Of a stretch of DNA of 64,000 nt, positions 63,184 through 64,000 are shown piece after piece. The notes beneath the pieces are model-generated. The model had not been told where the DNA came from and searched no databases. It saw only the letters and a program-made list of their open reading frames with translations. Location of the stretch: positions 100,750,001-100,814,000 of the forward strand of contig NC_042997.1 in the NCBI RefSeq assembly GCF_006345805.1, given 5' to 3'. Source of the DNA: Octopus sinensis. Taxonomy: Eukaryota. Both the position numbers and the translations under genes were made by a program. Position 1 is the stretch's first letter. The number at the start of each line of letters is the position of its first letter.

Positions 63184-64000
63184 CAATGCCGGAGTTAGGA
63201 AGTTCGGGGCCCAATTAGAGAATTGTCAGTGGCGCCCTCTACTCTACAAAAGCTGAGGAATGATGTTTTATGCTTCGTGTAGTATGCCAGTCCCATCCAA
63301 AAAAGCGTTGCGGGCTTGAGGCTCCACATTAGTCATAATGATATACTAAAAATTGAAAGCTCATATGAAAATTTTAATGTTTTATTACAAGTCAAGGTAA
63401 TTACTGACAAACTGCTTGTGAATAGGCCTTCTAAAAACAGACTTTTCTAGCTTTTTATTATTTTTTTTATTTGAGGAGACTTTCAAAATCATTTCAAAGT
63501 CAATGGTTTTGTAACGTCATTTTCTATAAATAGCATTACTAAATTATTTAGTCTCTCTTGGGAAATTGTTTTAATCAGTTTTAGTTTTGAAAAACTTCTT
63601 TCACCTGATGCGACTGTTACGGTCATTGTTAAGTAAACCCTCAAAGCAATGAAAACATTAAGAAAAGCAGTGAATCTATTGTGTGTTGCCATGTATTCAA
63701 GCAGAGATGGAGGCTTAACAGCATTGAAAGGAAAAAAAGTTTTTAGAGCTTCAAATATTTCACATCTAAATTCAATTCCTTCAGTGAGTTTAATAATGTT
63801 TTATAGAAATCGCCTGTGTTACAATCAACTTTCATAAATTTTATGAAATGTTCATAAACACCCAAAGGAGCCAAGTGACCATCAGACACATACCTGACCG
63901 TTAGAGACATTCGTTCTCGGTGACTCATATCAGGTGTGCAGTCTGAAATTATGGCGTAGTATTTAGCTGCTTTTATGCGTTTGAATATCTCATTCAAAAT
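63184..64000 (-). mobile_element. Internally deleted hAT transposon (Tip100/ZMYM1-like)
   Basis: AKYYAIISDCTPDMSH (catalytic core start) lies about 100 codons from ASGERSFSKLKLIK (dimerisation domain). Possible terminus CAATGCCGG...GGGGCCC at 63184. Confidence 0.75.

Overview
AT-rich, microsatellite-dense animal genomic DNA. The SINE and repeat repertoire suggests an octopus/cephalopod (inference). The only well-supported host gene is the 3' end of an ABCB1/P-glycoprotein-like transporter: four + strand exons (1432-1629, 5313-5519, 14330-14476, 17379-17573) encoding a complete NBD2. There are weak signs of a next gene starting at about 49.5-53.3 kb. The rest is mostly transposable-element derived: a 1.29-kb mariner with an open but catalytically mutated ORF, a nest of R4/Dong-like LINEs in (TAA)n, Hero-, CRE-, CR1-, RTE- and Tx1-like fragments, Penelope-like remnants, Tc1, hAT and Helitron-like pieces, and about 20 tRNA-derived SINE copies. 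The most striking structure is not in the ORF track. Six unrelated sequence families carry type-I hammerhead ribozyme (HHR) motifs, 11 motifs in all. In five families the motifs sit as an outward-facing pair in the arms of a fold-back element, mostly next to (TA)n tracts. One of these is a ~7-kb non-coding palindrome (41920-48885) whose arms end about 10 nt past the predicted cleavage sites. All folds were read by eye and none were computed.
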